From IMG/VR virus record IMGVR_UViG_3300032431_000008, positions 74-64,073 of that record: 64,000 bases of DNA; one strand, written 5' to 3'. The notes under the pieces were generated by a model. The model worked only from the letters and a program-made list of their open reading frames with translations, searched no databases and was not told where the DNA came from. A program made the position numbers and the translations under genes. Position 1 is the stretch's first letter. Each line of letters starts with the position of its first letter. Shown here piece after piece: positions 56,752 to 64,000 of this stretch. This DNA is from a virus.

Positions 56752-57168
56752 TTAAACGCCGGTAGAGCCAAAGCCATTGGCGGCGCGGGTGGTTTGGTCT
56801 AGGGAGGAGGCTGGAGTGAGTTGTGGGTAGCAGACATTGGCAAAGACGAGCTGGGCAATGCGCGACCCCTTTTTTACCATGAAGTGCATATCCGTGGTGT
56901 TGTGCAGGATCGCGCTTACCTCGCCGCGATAGTCGCTGTCGATGGTGCCGAGAATGGCGACGATGCCGGACTTTGCGGCTAGGCCGGAGCGCGGGCGAAC
57001 CTGGGCTTCAAGGCCGTAAGGGATTTCAAGGGCGATGCCGGTGGGGATAACGGCAATGGCGCAGGCTTCGATGATGTGGTCACGACAGGCGTAGAGGTCG
57101 TAGCCGGAAGCGCCGGGAGTTCCCTGTGAGGGAATCATGGCGTCGGGGTGGAGAAATTTGATATTCAT
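56752..57168 (-). CDS. dut: Trimeric dUTPase
   Basis: SGYDL, PRSGLA, GTIDSDYRGE, RIAQLV, R..NGFGSTG. Confidence 0.97.
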   Translation of the reverse strand: MNIKFLHPDAMIPSQGTPGASGYDLYACRDHIIEACAIAVIPTGIALEIPYGLEAQVRPRSGLAAKSGIVAILGTIDSDYRGEVSAILHNTTDMHFMVKKGSRIAQLVFANVCYPQLTPASSLDQTTRAANGFGSTGV

Positions 57169-57363
57169 AGTTGGGTGAATTGAAGGGTGGTTCTGGTCCT
57201 TCGCAATCACGTCCTGTTTACATATCCCCTATGATTGCCATGGGGGAAGTGTAGCGATTCTAGTTAGGGGATAATGATTGATGGGTTTTCTGTGGTTCAT
57301 GGACTAGATGTGAACGGGTGGGTCTATTTGAGCCAAGGAAGTAAGTGAAATAATTGGAGTAGT

Positions 57364-57726
57364 TCACTTCACGCTTATGGCGTCACCGCCAGAGGTGTGA
57401 ACGATTTTTGAGCCCAAAGGAGCCCCGCCTGTGCGGGCTTTTACGTCTGGATTGAGGGCGCGGTAGTCTTTCCATGCGCGTTCAATGATGTGAGTGGTAA
57501 CGGAAAGGTGTTCGGCAATTTCTATGGTCCTCACCCCGGACAGCTTAAGTTTGACAATGGCGGCGTCGAGGGCGGAAGCGGGGGTGGTTGATTTACCGGC
57601 CTCTCTGTGTCGTATGTCGGGGATGCGGGAAGTGGTGCGTAATGTGTCGCGGTGATTGGTTTTAATGGCCGGGGAAAGGCCGGAAATCTTGGGCTTTGAG
57701 AATAGGTTATCGTCGGTGTTTTTCAT
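57364..57726 (-). CDS. HTH-containing protein
   Basis: GVRTIEIAEHLSVTTHIIER. Confidence 0.55.
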   Translation of the reverse strand: MKNTDDNLFSKPKISGLSPAIKTNHRDTLRTTSRIPDIRHREAGKSTTPASALDAAIVKLKLSGVRTIEIAEHLSVTTHIIERAWKDYRALNPDVKARTGGAPLGSKIVHTSGGDAISVK

Positions 57727-57895
57727 GGTAAAAATTCGTCAATGGCGTAGGAGAAAGCCAGTTCGTAAGTGGTGAATGTTCCTATGATGCCAAAGGCTTC
57801 GCCGGTTAAGAGAAAGCAGGACGGCCCATGCTGGTGAATGGACAAGCCTTCGGGGGATGACCAAAGGCAGATCGGGTATTTGAGGGCCATGGTTA

Positions 57896-58252
57896 TCATA
57901 GTCTTGGTATGGAGAGTTTAGGCGAGGATTTTAGGTCTTGCTGTTCGGCGGTGTGTTTACGGGAGCTGCTTTTCATTGCGGCAAAGTAGTTGGAATGGGC
58001 GAGGGACAGGTGTTCAAGGGACTGCCATGCGCGGAATATGAGCAGGCGTTGGGCGGGGGTGGTTGTTTTGTGGTTGTAGCTTTTATCGAGAACATCACGG
58101 AGGAGGCGCAAGCGGAGCGGTTTTTCGGGGGTGACTGGCGGGAGTTCCGGCAGGGGGGTAATGTGGGTGATATTTGCGAGTTGCTGAACGGCTTCGTGCT
58201 TTCTTTGGAATAACAGTTGAAGCAAGGGGTCAGTCGGCGGGCTGGTTGTCAT
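57896..58252 (-). CDS. Hypothetical protein
   Basis: ORF track. Confidence 0.5.
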   Translation of the reverse strand: MTTSPPTDPLLQLLFQRKHEAVQQLANITHITPLPELPPVTPEKPLRLRLLRDVLDKSYNHKTTTPAQRLLIFRAWQSLEHLSLAHSNYFAAMKSSSRKHTAEQQDLKSSPKLSIPRL

Positions 58253-58707
58253 CCGGTAGGCTTGTTTTTATCTATCAGGCCAAGGCAGGGTTTTCCTTCT
58301 TCGGACAGAATTACGTGAAACTCGGGGGAGATATTGCAAGAAATCCCCTTTTTTTCATATTCCTTTGCCAGTTCCTCAATGCACGTAGTGGCACACTGCA
58401 ATAGGTGTTCCATTTGGGCACTTGGAATGGGGCCGTATTTGGTAAATGCAAAGAGCATGGCTTGCGTGATTATTGTTTGCGCCTCGGTATTAGTAAAGGG
58501 GGAGTCTTCCATAAGATTGCCCTCGTTTTTGCCAATAATGTTTGGGGTTTCTAGGCAATGTAAAAGGCATGCGTGGATTGCATCTGCGCGTTCTTGGCCG
58601 GTTTTGCCGTTAGTGGCAAAAAACAAATCTCTTATTGTTTCACAGCATGTGTTAATGAATAATGAATAGGAGTTGAGGGACTTGGCCTCTGTTTGTTCTT
58701 GGTTCAT
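58249..58707 (-). CDS. Hypothetical protein
   Basis: 4-nt overlaps. Confidence 0.6.
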   Translation of the reverse strand: MNQEQTEAKSLNSYSLFINTCCETIRDLFFATNGKTGQERADAIHACLLHCLETPNIIGKNEGNLMEDSPFTNTEAQTIITQAMLFAFTKYGPIPSAQMEHLLQCATTCIEELAKEYEKKGISCNISPEFHVILSEEGKPCLGLIDKNKPTG

Positions 58708-59420
58708 TTCTGATAGGTGGCGAAAATATCGAATTGTGGCGAGTCGCTGGTCAGGGACTTGTCGGTTATTTCCCAGGTGTAGCCATGGCGGTGTAGAATG
58801 TCGGTAACGTCGGCCATTACATTACCTTGGCGGGCTAGTGCGCCGTGGTTAATCTCGATGAGGAGGTCGGGCTTGTGGTTGGTGAGTGTGTTTTCGGCGG
58901 AGAGGAGTGCTTTTACTTCCCATCCTTCCACGTCTATTTTAATGAACGAGAGCGGTTCGTCATTGTTTAAGATGAACCAGCAAATCCAGTCGATGGACCT
59001 GACCTTGATTTCGCTTCCGGTATTTTCAGTGCGGGCGAGATACGATGCGCCTGCGTTGGTATCGGCGATGAGTTCAACGGTGGCTAGCGAGTCCGCGTCC
59101 GTGCCCACTGCGTAATTCATCGCTATGGCACTTAGGTTAAGTTCAAGATTGTGTTGAATGTTGTATTCCAAGCAAGCAAAGGCGTGGGGGTTGGGCTCAA
59201 CGGCAAGGACTACGCCCATTGGCCCGACATGCTTGGACATGGTAAGGGCGGTATCGCCAATGAATGCGCCAATATCAATGCACACGCCACCGACTTTGAC
59301 GTTCTTAAGCCAAGGAAGGATCTGCCCTTCTTGAATGTCGAGACGACCTTGGGATTCTACCCATTGGGAGATATGGCTGTCAGTTTCGATTACGGCTATT
59401 CCGTGGGAGGTGAGTTTCAT
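58704..59420 (-). CDS. FkbM-family SAM methyltransferase
   Basis: CIDIGAFIG, VLAVEPNP, FIKIDVEGWE..AL. Confidence 0.9.
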   Translation of the reverse strand: MKLTSHGIAVIETDSHISQWVESQGRLDIQEGQILPWLKNVKVGGVCIDIGAFIGDTALTMSKHVGPMGVVLAVEPNPHAFACLEYNIQHNLELNLSAIAMNYAVGTDADSLATVELIADTNAGASYLARTENTGSEIKVRSIDWICWFILNNDEPLSFIKIDVEGWEVKALLSAENTLTNHKPDLLIEINHGALARQGNVMADVTDILHRHGYTWEITDKSLTSDSPQFDIFATYQK

Positions 59421-59442
59421 AGGAAGGGATTTGGGAAAAGGG

Positions 59443-59826
59443 TTAGCATGGGCTATTCGGAGTGGTTGGCGGTAGGTGACGCTTTAGGCGTATGAGGAAG
59501 CGGCGCGGGCGGTGTAGGTAAAACCGTATAAGTAGGCGCAGAAGGAGGTTTCGGAGAAGGGGGGTTAAGCGGTTGTTTCCTTCTTGGGAGAGCAGGTAAT
59601 AATAGGCGTCGCGTTTATTAGCGTGGTCTGTGTCGGCATCAAAAAAGCCAGCTTGGGCGAGGGCAAAGTCGTGTTGGTCTAATGCAGTGTAGCCGGGTCT
59701 AGCGACAACAGATGCTATTTTCATGAGGCGTGTGAGGGCGTCAGCGCGATGAATACGGGCGGCTGTTACGCTGTTCCGGGCTGCGGTAATTAGTTCGTCA
59801 GCAATGGGTGTTTTGGGCGGTTTCAT
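59443..59826 (-). CDS. Hypothetical protein
   Basis: ORF track. Confidence 0.45.
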   Translation of the reverse strand: MKPPKTPIADELITAARNSVTAARIHRADALTRLMKIASVVARPGYTALDQHDFALAQAGFFDADTDHANKRDAYYYLLSQEGNNRLTPLLRNLLLRLLIRFYLHRPRRFLIRLKRHLPPTTPNSPC

Positions 59827-59834
59827 AGTAGTGG

Positions 59835-60098
59835 TTATTCTTTATCTTTCATTTTGGCCATGACGGCATCTATGGCCTCGCGCCAAGTTGCGCCGCGTGC
59901 GCTGACTACCGCATAGCCCATTATATCGCGGATATAGATATCAACCTCGTCGTTTACGTGTGCGTCGGTGCCTGCACGGTCCCTCCGTAGTCCTTCGGGA
60001 TTGTCCTTTCCCTTCCAGCACGGCGTCATTTCGTGGCGTCCTACAAGGCTGTCGAGGAAGTCTATGCGTTGCGTATCGGTGATGGGTTCGGGTGTCAT
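59835..60098 (-). CDS. Hypothetical protein
   Basis: DTQRIDFL...TWREAIDAVM. Confidence 0.65.
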   Translation of the reverse strand: MTPEPITDTQRIDFLDSLVGRHEMTPCWKGKDNPEGLRRDRAGTDAHVNDEVDIYIRDIMGYAVVSARGATWREAIDAVMAKMKDKE

Positions 60099-60099
60099 G

Positions 60100-60369
60100 T
60101 TATTTTGGATTTCGTGTTTGTTGCTTTTGGGGCTTTGGGTGGTCCAATATAGTTAAGGCTTCGGCAAAAACCTTTGCCGCGTCTTCGTGTTTTTTTACTA
60201 GCTTGTAATAATCGCTACCGACATACTGATAGTCAATTTTAGCTAGCTCCATTTCCTTTTTCTTACGCTCTAACACGTCGCGCGCTACATGCATGGCGAT
60301 TTTCGTAGAGTAAAAGGCACGTTCGATTTGCGGAAAGGTGTCGGGTTCGGCGATGGGTTCAGGTGTCAT
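60100..60369 (-). CDS. Hypothetical helical protein
   Basis: Upstream motif at 60409. Confidence 0.6.
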   Translation of the reverse strand: MTPEPIAEPDTFPQIERAFYSTKIAMHVARDVLERKKKEMELAKIDYQYVGSDYYKLVKKHEDAAKVFAEALTILDHPKPQKQQTRNPK

Positions 60370-60474
60370 AGTTGCTAGGTGGAAAGTTGAGGCTGGGCCA
60401 ATTTCGCATCAAGGAAGTAAGTGGAAAAAGATTGACGAGGCGGCGGTGGGTGGGGCTTGCTTGGCGGCGAACCT

Positions 60475-60636
60475 ATGAAAACTAAATGGAAGAGCTATCT
60501 GGACAAGCCCGTTCGCAAAGCGGGCCGACTATCGCAAGGAAACAAGGCCAACAAACGGCTTTTTCGCCTCCACGGTGATTCCGAGCTTATTCGCATGGCA
60601 AAGTCTGCGGATGCGCGAGTGGCGTTTATTGATTGA
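60475..60636 (+). CDS. Small basic protein (53 aa)
   Basis: Hand-translated MKTKWKSY...RVAFID. Confidence 0.4.
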   Translation: MKTKWKSYLDKPVRKAGRLSQGNKANKRLFRLHGDSELIRMAKSADARVAFID

Positions 60637-60654
60637 TTTTGACAATGCCGGGGA

Positions 60655-61254
60655 GTGGGGCCAATGGAAGTGCTTATGAATGACCTTGAACCAACGATTG
60701 ACGCGATTGATATTTCCACGGAAGCCGAGGGGCGAGGTGAAGGGGCGCTAGAATTACGCCCACCGCCTAAAGTTCGGGTAAAGAAGCAAATGAGGGAGAA
60801 GCATTTCTCCAATGCGCTGATTATCCGGCGTGAGACGGGGGACAAGGTGTTGGTCCCGCTTGAAGCCAAGGACAATCGCCATGCGAACATGGTTGTGGCC
60901 GCGATGGTCCGTGAACTGGTGAAGAGCAACATTGACCTTTACAAGAAGAGCAACGAACCATTGAAGCCAAAGGAATTGGTGGATGTGGTTACGGCTGCGA
61001 AGCTGGCGGCTGAGCTGAGCTATGGGGCTTACGATTTTAATCCGTCTGAGCTAGGGCCGGACGGAAAGGCGCGGCCACCCACCGGGTCGGTATCCGGGCT
61101 CATTACGGGCATGCAGGCAATTGGGAAGGGGATGGCAGATGGATTCGCGGAGAAGCCGCAAGGATTTGCTGCAATCATGCAGTCCTTGGACGCGCTCGCC
61201 AAGAAGACGCCCATGCCCAAGAATGTTTCGCCTAGCAAAGATCAGGACGTTTAA
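60655..61254 (+). CDS. Possible terminase small subunit
   Basis: Immediately upstream of the large terminase; position only. Confidence 0.45.
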   Translation: MGPMEVLMNDLEPTIDAIDISTEAEGRGEGALELRPPPKVRVKKQMREKHFSNALIIRRETGDKVLVPLEAKDNRHANMVVAAMVRELVKSNIDLYKKSNEPLKPKELVDVVTAAKLAAELSYGAYDFNPSELGPDGKARPPTGSVSGLITGMQAIGKGMADGFAEKPQGFAAIMQSLDALAKKTPMPKNVSPSKDQDV

Positions 61255-61257
61255 CCG

Positions 61258-63900
61258 ATGACCAATGACCAAGTAAAGTTTATCCACTCGCTCTTGGAGC
61301 AAGGCAAGGAGAGCTGGGTAGATGCGGCCAACGCCATTCTCTACATATCCCAAATACCGGGGCAAGTGGCGCACTACGCGGAGGCCAAGATTATTGTGCG
61401 GGCGTTCCTGCAAAGGTTGCTGGACCATGACGACTACTTGCTGGCAGCTACGTTGCTGTGGGGGAATGTCCGGTTAAACACGCTTACCCAATATACGCAG
61501 GACGTGTTTCGGGCCATGCACGAGAACAACATGCTTTTGATCCAGGGTGGGGCATCGACGAGTAAGTGTCTAGGGCCGGACATTCCGGTGATGATGCACG
61601 ACGGATCAACCAAGAAGGCTAGGGACGTGGTGGTTGGCGACGTGCTCATGGGGGACGACTCCAATCCTCGGAATGTCCTGAGCACCACAAAAGGCAGGAG
61701 CAAGATGTATCGAATCACCCCTGAGCGTGGTGAATCGTGGATTTGCAATGACGAGCATATCCTGACAATGCGCGTGAATCAGGGCGACAAGTGGGCTGTG
61801 TTGGATATTCCCATTAAGGAATACATTGGATACCCGGAGTCGCGTAAGGCTGCGCTCAAGCAGTTTTCCGTTGGGGTGGAGTTTCCAGAGCAGCCGGTTC
61901 CCGAAGATCCATACATTTACGGTGTTCGGGTCGGCAACAATGAGCCTGGCGGGCAACTGATTCCTGAGTCCTACATGAAGAACAGCCGTGAGAATAGGTT
62001 TAGGCTTTTGGAGGGACTACTGGATTCTGATGGATACGTCGGCAAAACGAAAGCTACGGTCGCTATTAAAACCAAGTGGAAGTCACTTGCTGAGCAGATT
62101 GTTTGGCTGGCAAAGAGTCTAGGCTTTTACGCTAGATTCTCTGGTGACTATTCCTTGGTTTATATCAATTTTGACGAATGTAAATCAACTGCCAATGTTG
62201 GCATTGAAGTTGAGGGCATTGGGGAAGGTGAATACTGCGGGTTTAGCGTGGACGGGAATAGCCGATTCCTTTTGGGGGACTTCACCGTTACGCATAACAG
62301 CTACTCGATGGGAGCTTGGTTACTCCTTGACTGGATAAGAGATCCATATTTTACATCGGTCAAAATAGTCTCCAAGGACGAGAAGCATTTGAAGGGTAAT
62401 TTGTTTGGCCATATCTACTCCCTGTTCCAAGGCATGGCTATCCCGCTTACGGATAATGACGCGGAAGAAGTGGTATGGCGGGAGCACGATATGTTCCTTG
62501 GACTGAAAGCCGTGGGTAACATTGCCGGTTTGCAGGGGGAGGCACTTAAGCATTCGTCAAGTTCCTCGGGCGACTTGAAAGGGTATAAGCCTCAACCGCG
62601 CCGCAAAACGCCTCACCCAAAGTTCGGGAACATGTCTCGACTGCGGGTAGCGGTGGATGAGGCGCAATCGGCACCTGTGGGTATATTCCAAGATTTCATG
62701 TCCGTGCGAGGTTCCTTGGACGGGCTGGACTTGGTGAAGATCATTTGTGCCTACAATCCTACCAGCCTGAGCGATAGGGTGGTGAATGAGGCTGAACCTC
62801 TCCATGGCTGGATTGAGACCGACCTGGACACGCTGTATGAGTGGAAGAGCAAGAAGGGGTGGCGCGTGCTCCGGTTGGATGGCTCGCGGTCGGAAAACGT
62901 GGTAGCCAAGAGCAAGATATTCAGTGGCATCCAGACCTACGAAGGCTTTATAAGTTTCCTGCAAGGTGACGGTGCTGACAGTTCTCCCGACTACTTTACG
63001 TTCGGGCGTGGCTGGCCACCTCTCAAGGGTAGTGCCAACACGATTATCCCTGCTACTTGGTGCGTTGAGGCGCGGGGAGAAGCTGTGTGGTTGGAGAAGC
63101 CGATTATGGGGGCAAGCGTGGACCTTGCGTTCCAAGGAAGCGACACGGCGCAGATGACTATTTTTAAGTGGGGGCTGGCAAAGGGCTGGCGACGTGCCGA
63201 TGGGAAGTATGTCGAGTATGTTGACCGGACGAGCGCGGGGCGGAAGAAGCCAAGGCACGTACTGGAAGTTTACCAGATTATCCAGATGGAGAAGTCCTAC
63301 GATTCCATCCAGATGAGTGAGGAGATTACGGGTCGCTGTCAGATGTTGGGGATTTCACCGGATTGGACCGTCGTGGACAAGTCGGGTAGCGGCCTTGGCA
63401 CGTTCTCCCACCTTACGAAGTATTGGGGGAATATCATGGGGATTATGTGGGGCGATGGTGCTACGGATATGCTTGTCTTGGCGGAGGACCAAGAGGCCGC
63501 GTCGTCCCGGTTCCAAGGGATAATGTCGGAGATGTGGTTTGCTTTCCGTGAGTGGTTAAACCCCACGGTGGGGGCGATAATTATTAACCCCATGGTCCCA
63601 ACGTCGCCACTAAACGTGCAGTTGAGTTCACGCCGGTTTAGGTATGCGAAGAACGGGACGATGAAAGTTGAGAGCAAGGACGAGTATAAGCAACGGAACC
63701 AACGTAGCTGCGATGAAGCGGACAGCGTGATTCAGATTGTGCAGCTTATCCGCGCACGGGGGCATATTTTGCCTGGTATGATGGAACAGTCGGACTCCCG
63801 TTTCAGTAATCAGGAAACTGAGAAAGCTGGGCTGGAGACGGCTGACGTTGACGAATCACTTGCAATTGGCGGAGGGGGAGTCGAATACTTGGACCTATGA
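61258..63900 (+). CDS. terL: Terminase large subunit containing an intein
   Basis: Walker A GGASTSK|S, Walker B VAVDEAQ, nuclease region SVDLAF, VVDKSG, DEADS. Confidence 0.88.
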   Translation: MTNDQVKFIHSLLEQGKESWVDAANAILYISQIPGQVAHYAEAKIIVRAFLQRLLDHDDYLLAATLLWGNVRLNTLTQYTQDVFRAMHENNMLLIQGGASTSKCLGPDIPVMMHDGSTKKARDVVVGDVLMGDDSNPRNVLSTTKGRSKMYRITPERGESWICNDEHILTMRVNQGDKWAVLDIPIKEYIGYPESRKAALKQFSVGVEFPEQPVPEDPYIYGVRVGNNEPGGQLIPESYMKNSRENRFRLLEGLLDSDGYVGKTKATVAIKTKWKSLAEQIVWLAKSLGFYARFSGDYSLVYINFDECKSTANVGIEVEGIGEGEYCGFSVDGNSRFLLGDFTVTHNSYSMGAWLLLDWIRDPYFTSVKIVSKDEKHLKGNLFGHIYSLFQGMAIPLTDNDAEEVVWREHDMFLGLKAVGNIAGLQGEALKHSSSSSGDLKGYKPQPRRKTPHPKFGNMSRLRVAVDEAQSAPVGIFQDFMSVRGSLDGLDLVKIICAYNPTSLSDRVVNEAEPLHGWIETDLDTLYEWKSKKGWRVLRLDGSRSENVVAKSKIFSGIQTYEGFISFLQGDGADSSPDYFTFGRGWPPLKGSANTIIPATWCVEARGEAVWLEKPIMGASVDLAFQGSDTAQMTIFKWGLAKGWRRADGKYVEYVDRTSAGRKKPRHVLEVYQIIQMEKSYDSIQMSEEITGRCQMLGISPDWTVVDKSGSGLGTFSHLTKYWGNIMGIMWGDGATDMLVLAEDQEAASSRFQGIMSEMWFAFREWLNPTVGAIIINPMVPTSPLNVQLSSRRFRYAKNGTMKVESKDEYKQRNQRSCDEADSVIQIVQLIRARGHILPGMMEQSDSRFSNQETEKAGLETADVDESLAIGGGGVEYLDL
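61567..62298 (+). mobile_element. Intein (244 aa) with a degenerate LAGLIDADG domain
   Basis: Starts CLGPDIPV, block B WICNDEHIL, LLEGLLDSDG, ends VTHN followed by Ser. Confidence 0.95.
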
Positions 63901-63933
63901 TGCGATACAACGAAAACGCGCAACGTAGGCCAA

Positions 63934-64000
63934 TTGGCGGGCATCACTTTCTTGATCGCGGGCAGATTATCAGGGCGGACACGTTTCCAGAGTTGGTGCA
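63934..64000. repeat. Terminal overlap, copy 2
   Basis: 66/67 identical to 1-67. Confidence 0.97.

Overview
The window is an apparently complete, circularly permuted genome of a tailed dsDNA phage. Unit length is about 63,933 bp: bases 63934-64000 repeat bases 1-67 with one mismatch, and an ORF reads through the junction. No tape-measure gene is seen, but there are tail-tube-like genes and large ejection-type genes, so a podovirus-like virion is likely. The DnaB helicase resembles, from recall, those of Verrucomicrobia (Opitutae), which suggests the host. Layout: terminase with an intein (60.5-63.9 kb); an inverted replication block with MTase, initiator and DnaB (0.5-5.8 kb); portal, scaffold, four glycosyltransferase-like genes, MCP, tail and ejection genes (6-34.7 kb); recombination and nucleotide genes (35-44 kb); an array of small early genes (44-51 kb); a 1.3 kb non-coding region; and a second minus-strand accessory operon (52.3-60.4 kb). 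No integrase, DNA polymerase, tRNA, CRISPR or clear endolysin was recognised. Main unexpected signals: (1) a three-cassette integron-like array at 39.6-40.7 kb with canonical attC folds and matched core sites, no integrase, and antisense ORFs whose termini are encoded by the attC sites; (2) at least 35 copies of GGTTAAAC genome-wide; (3) a dif-like XerCD site; (4) HTH-glycosyltransferase and cupin-SET fusions; (5) a dual-coded RusA-like locus with an in-phase A_AAA_AAG slippery site. Family names come from motif recognition only; no database search was run.
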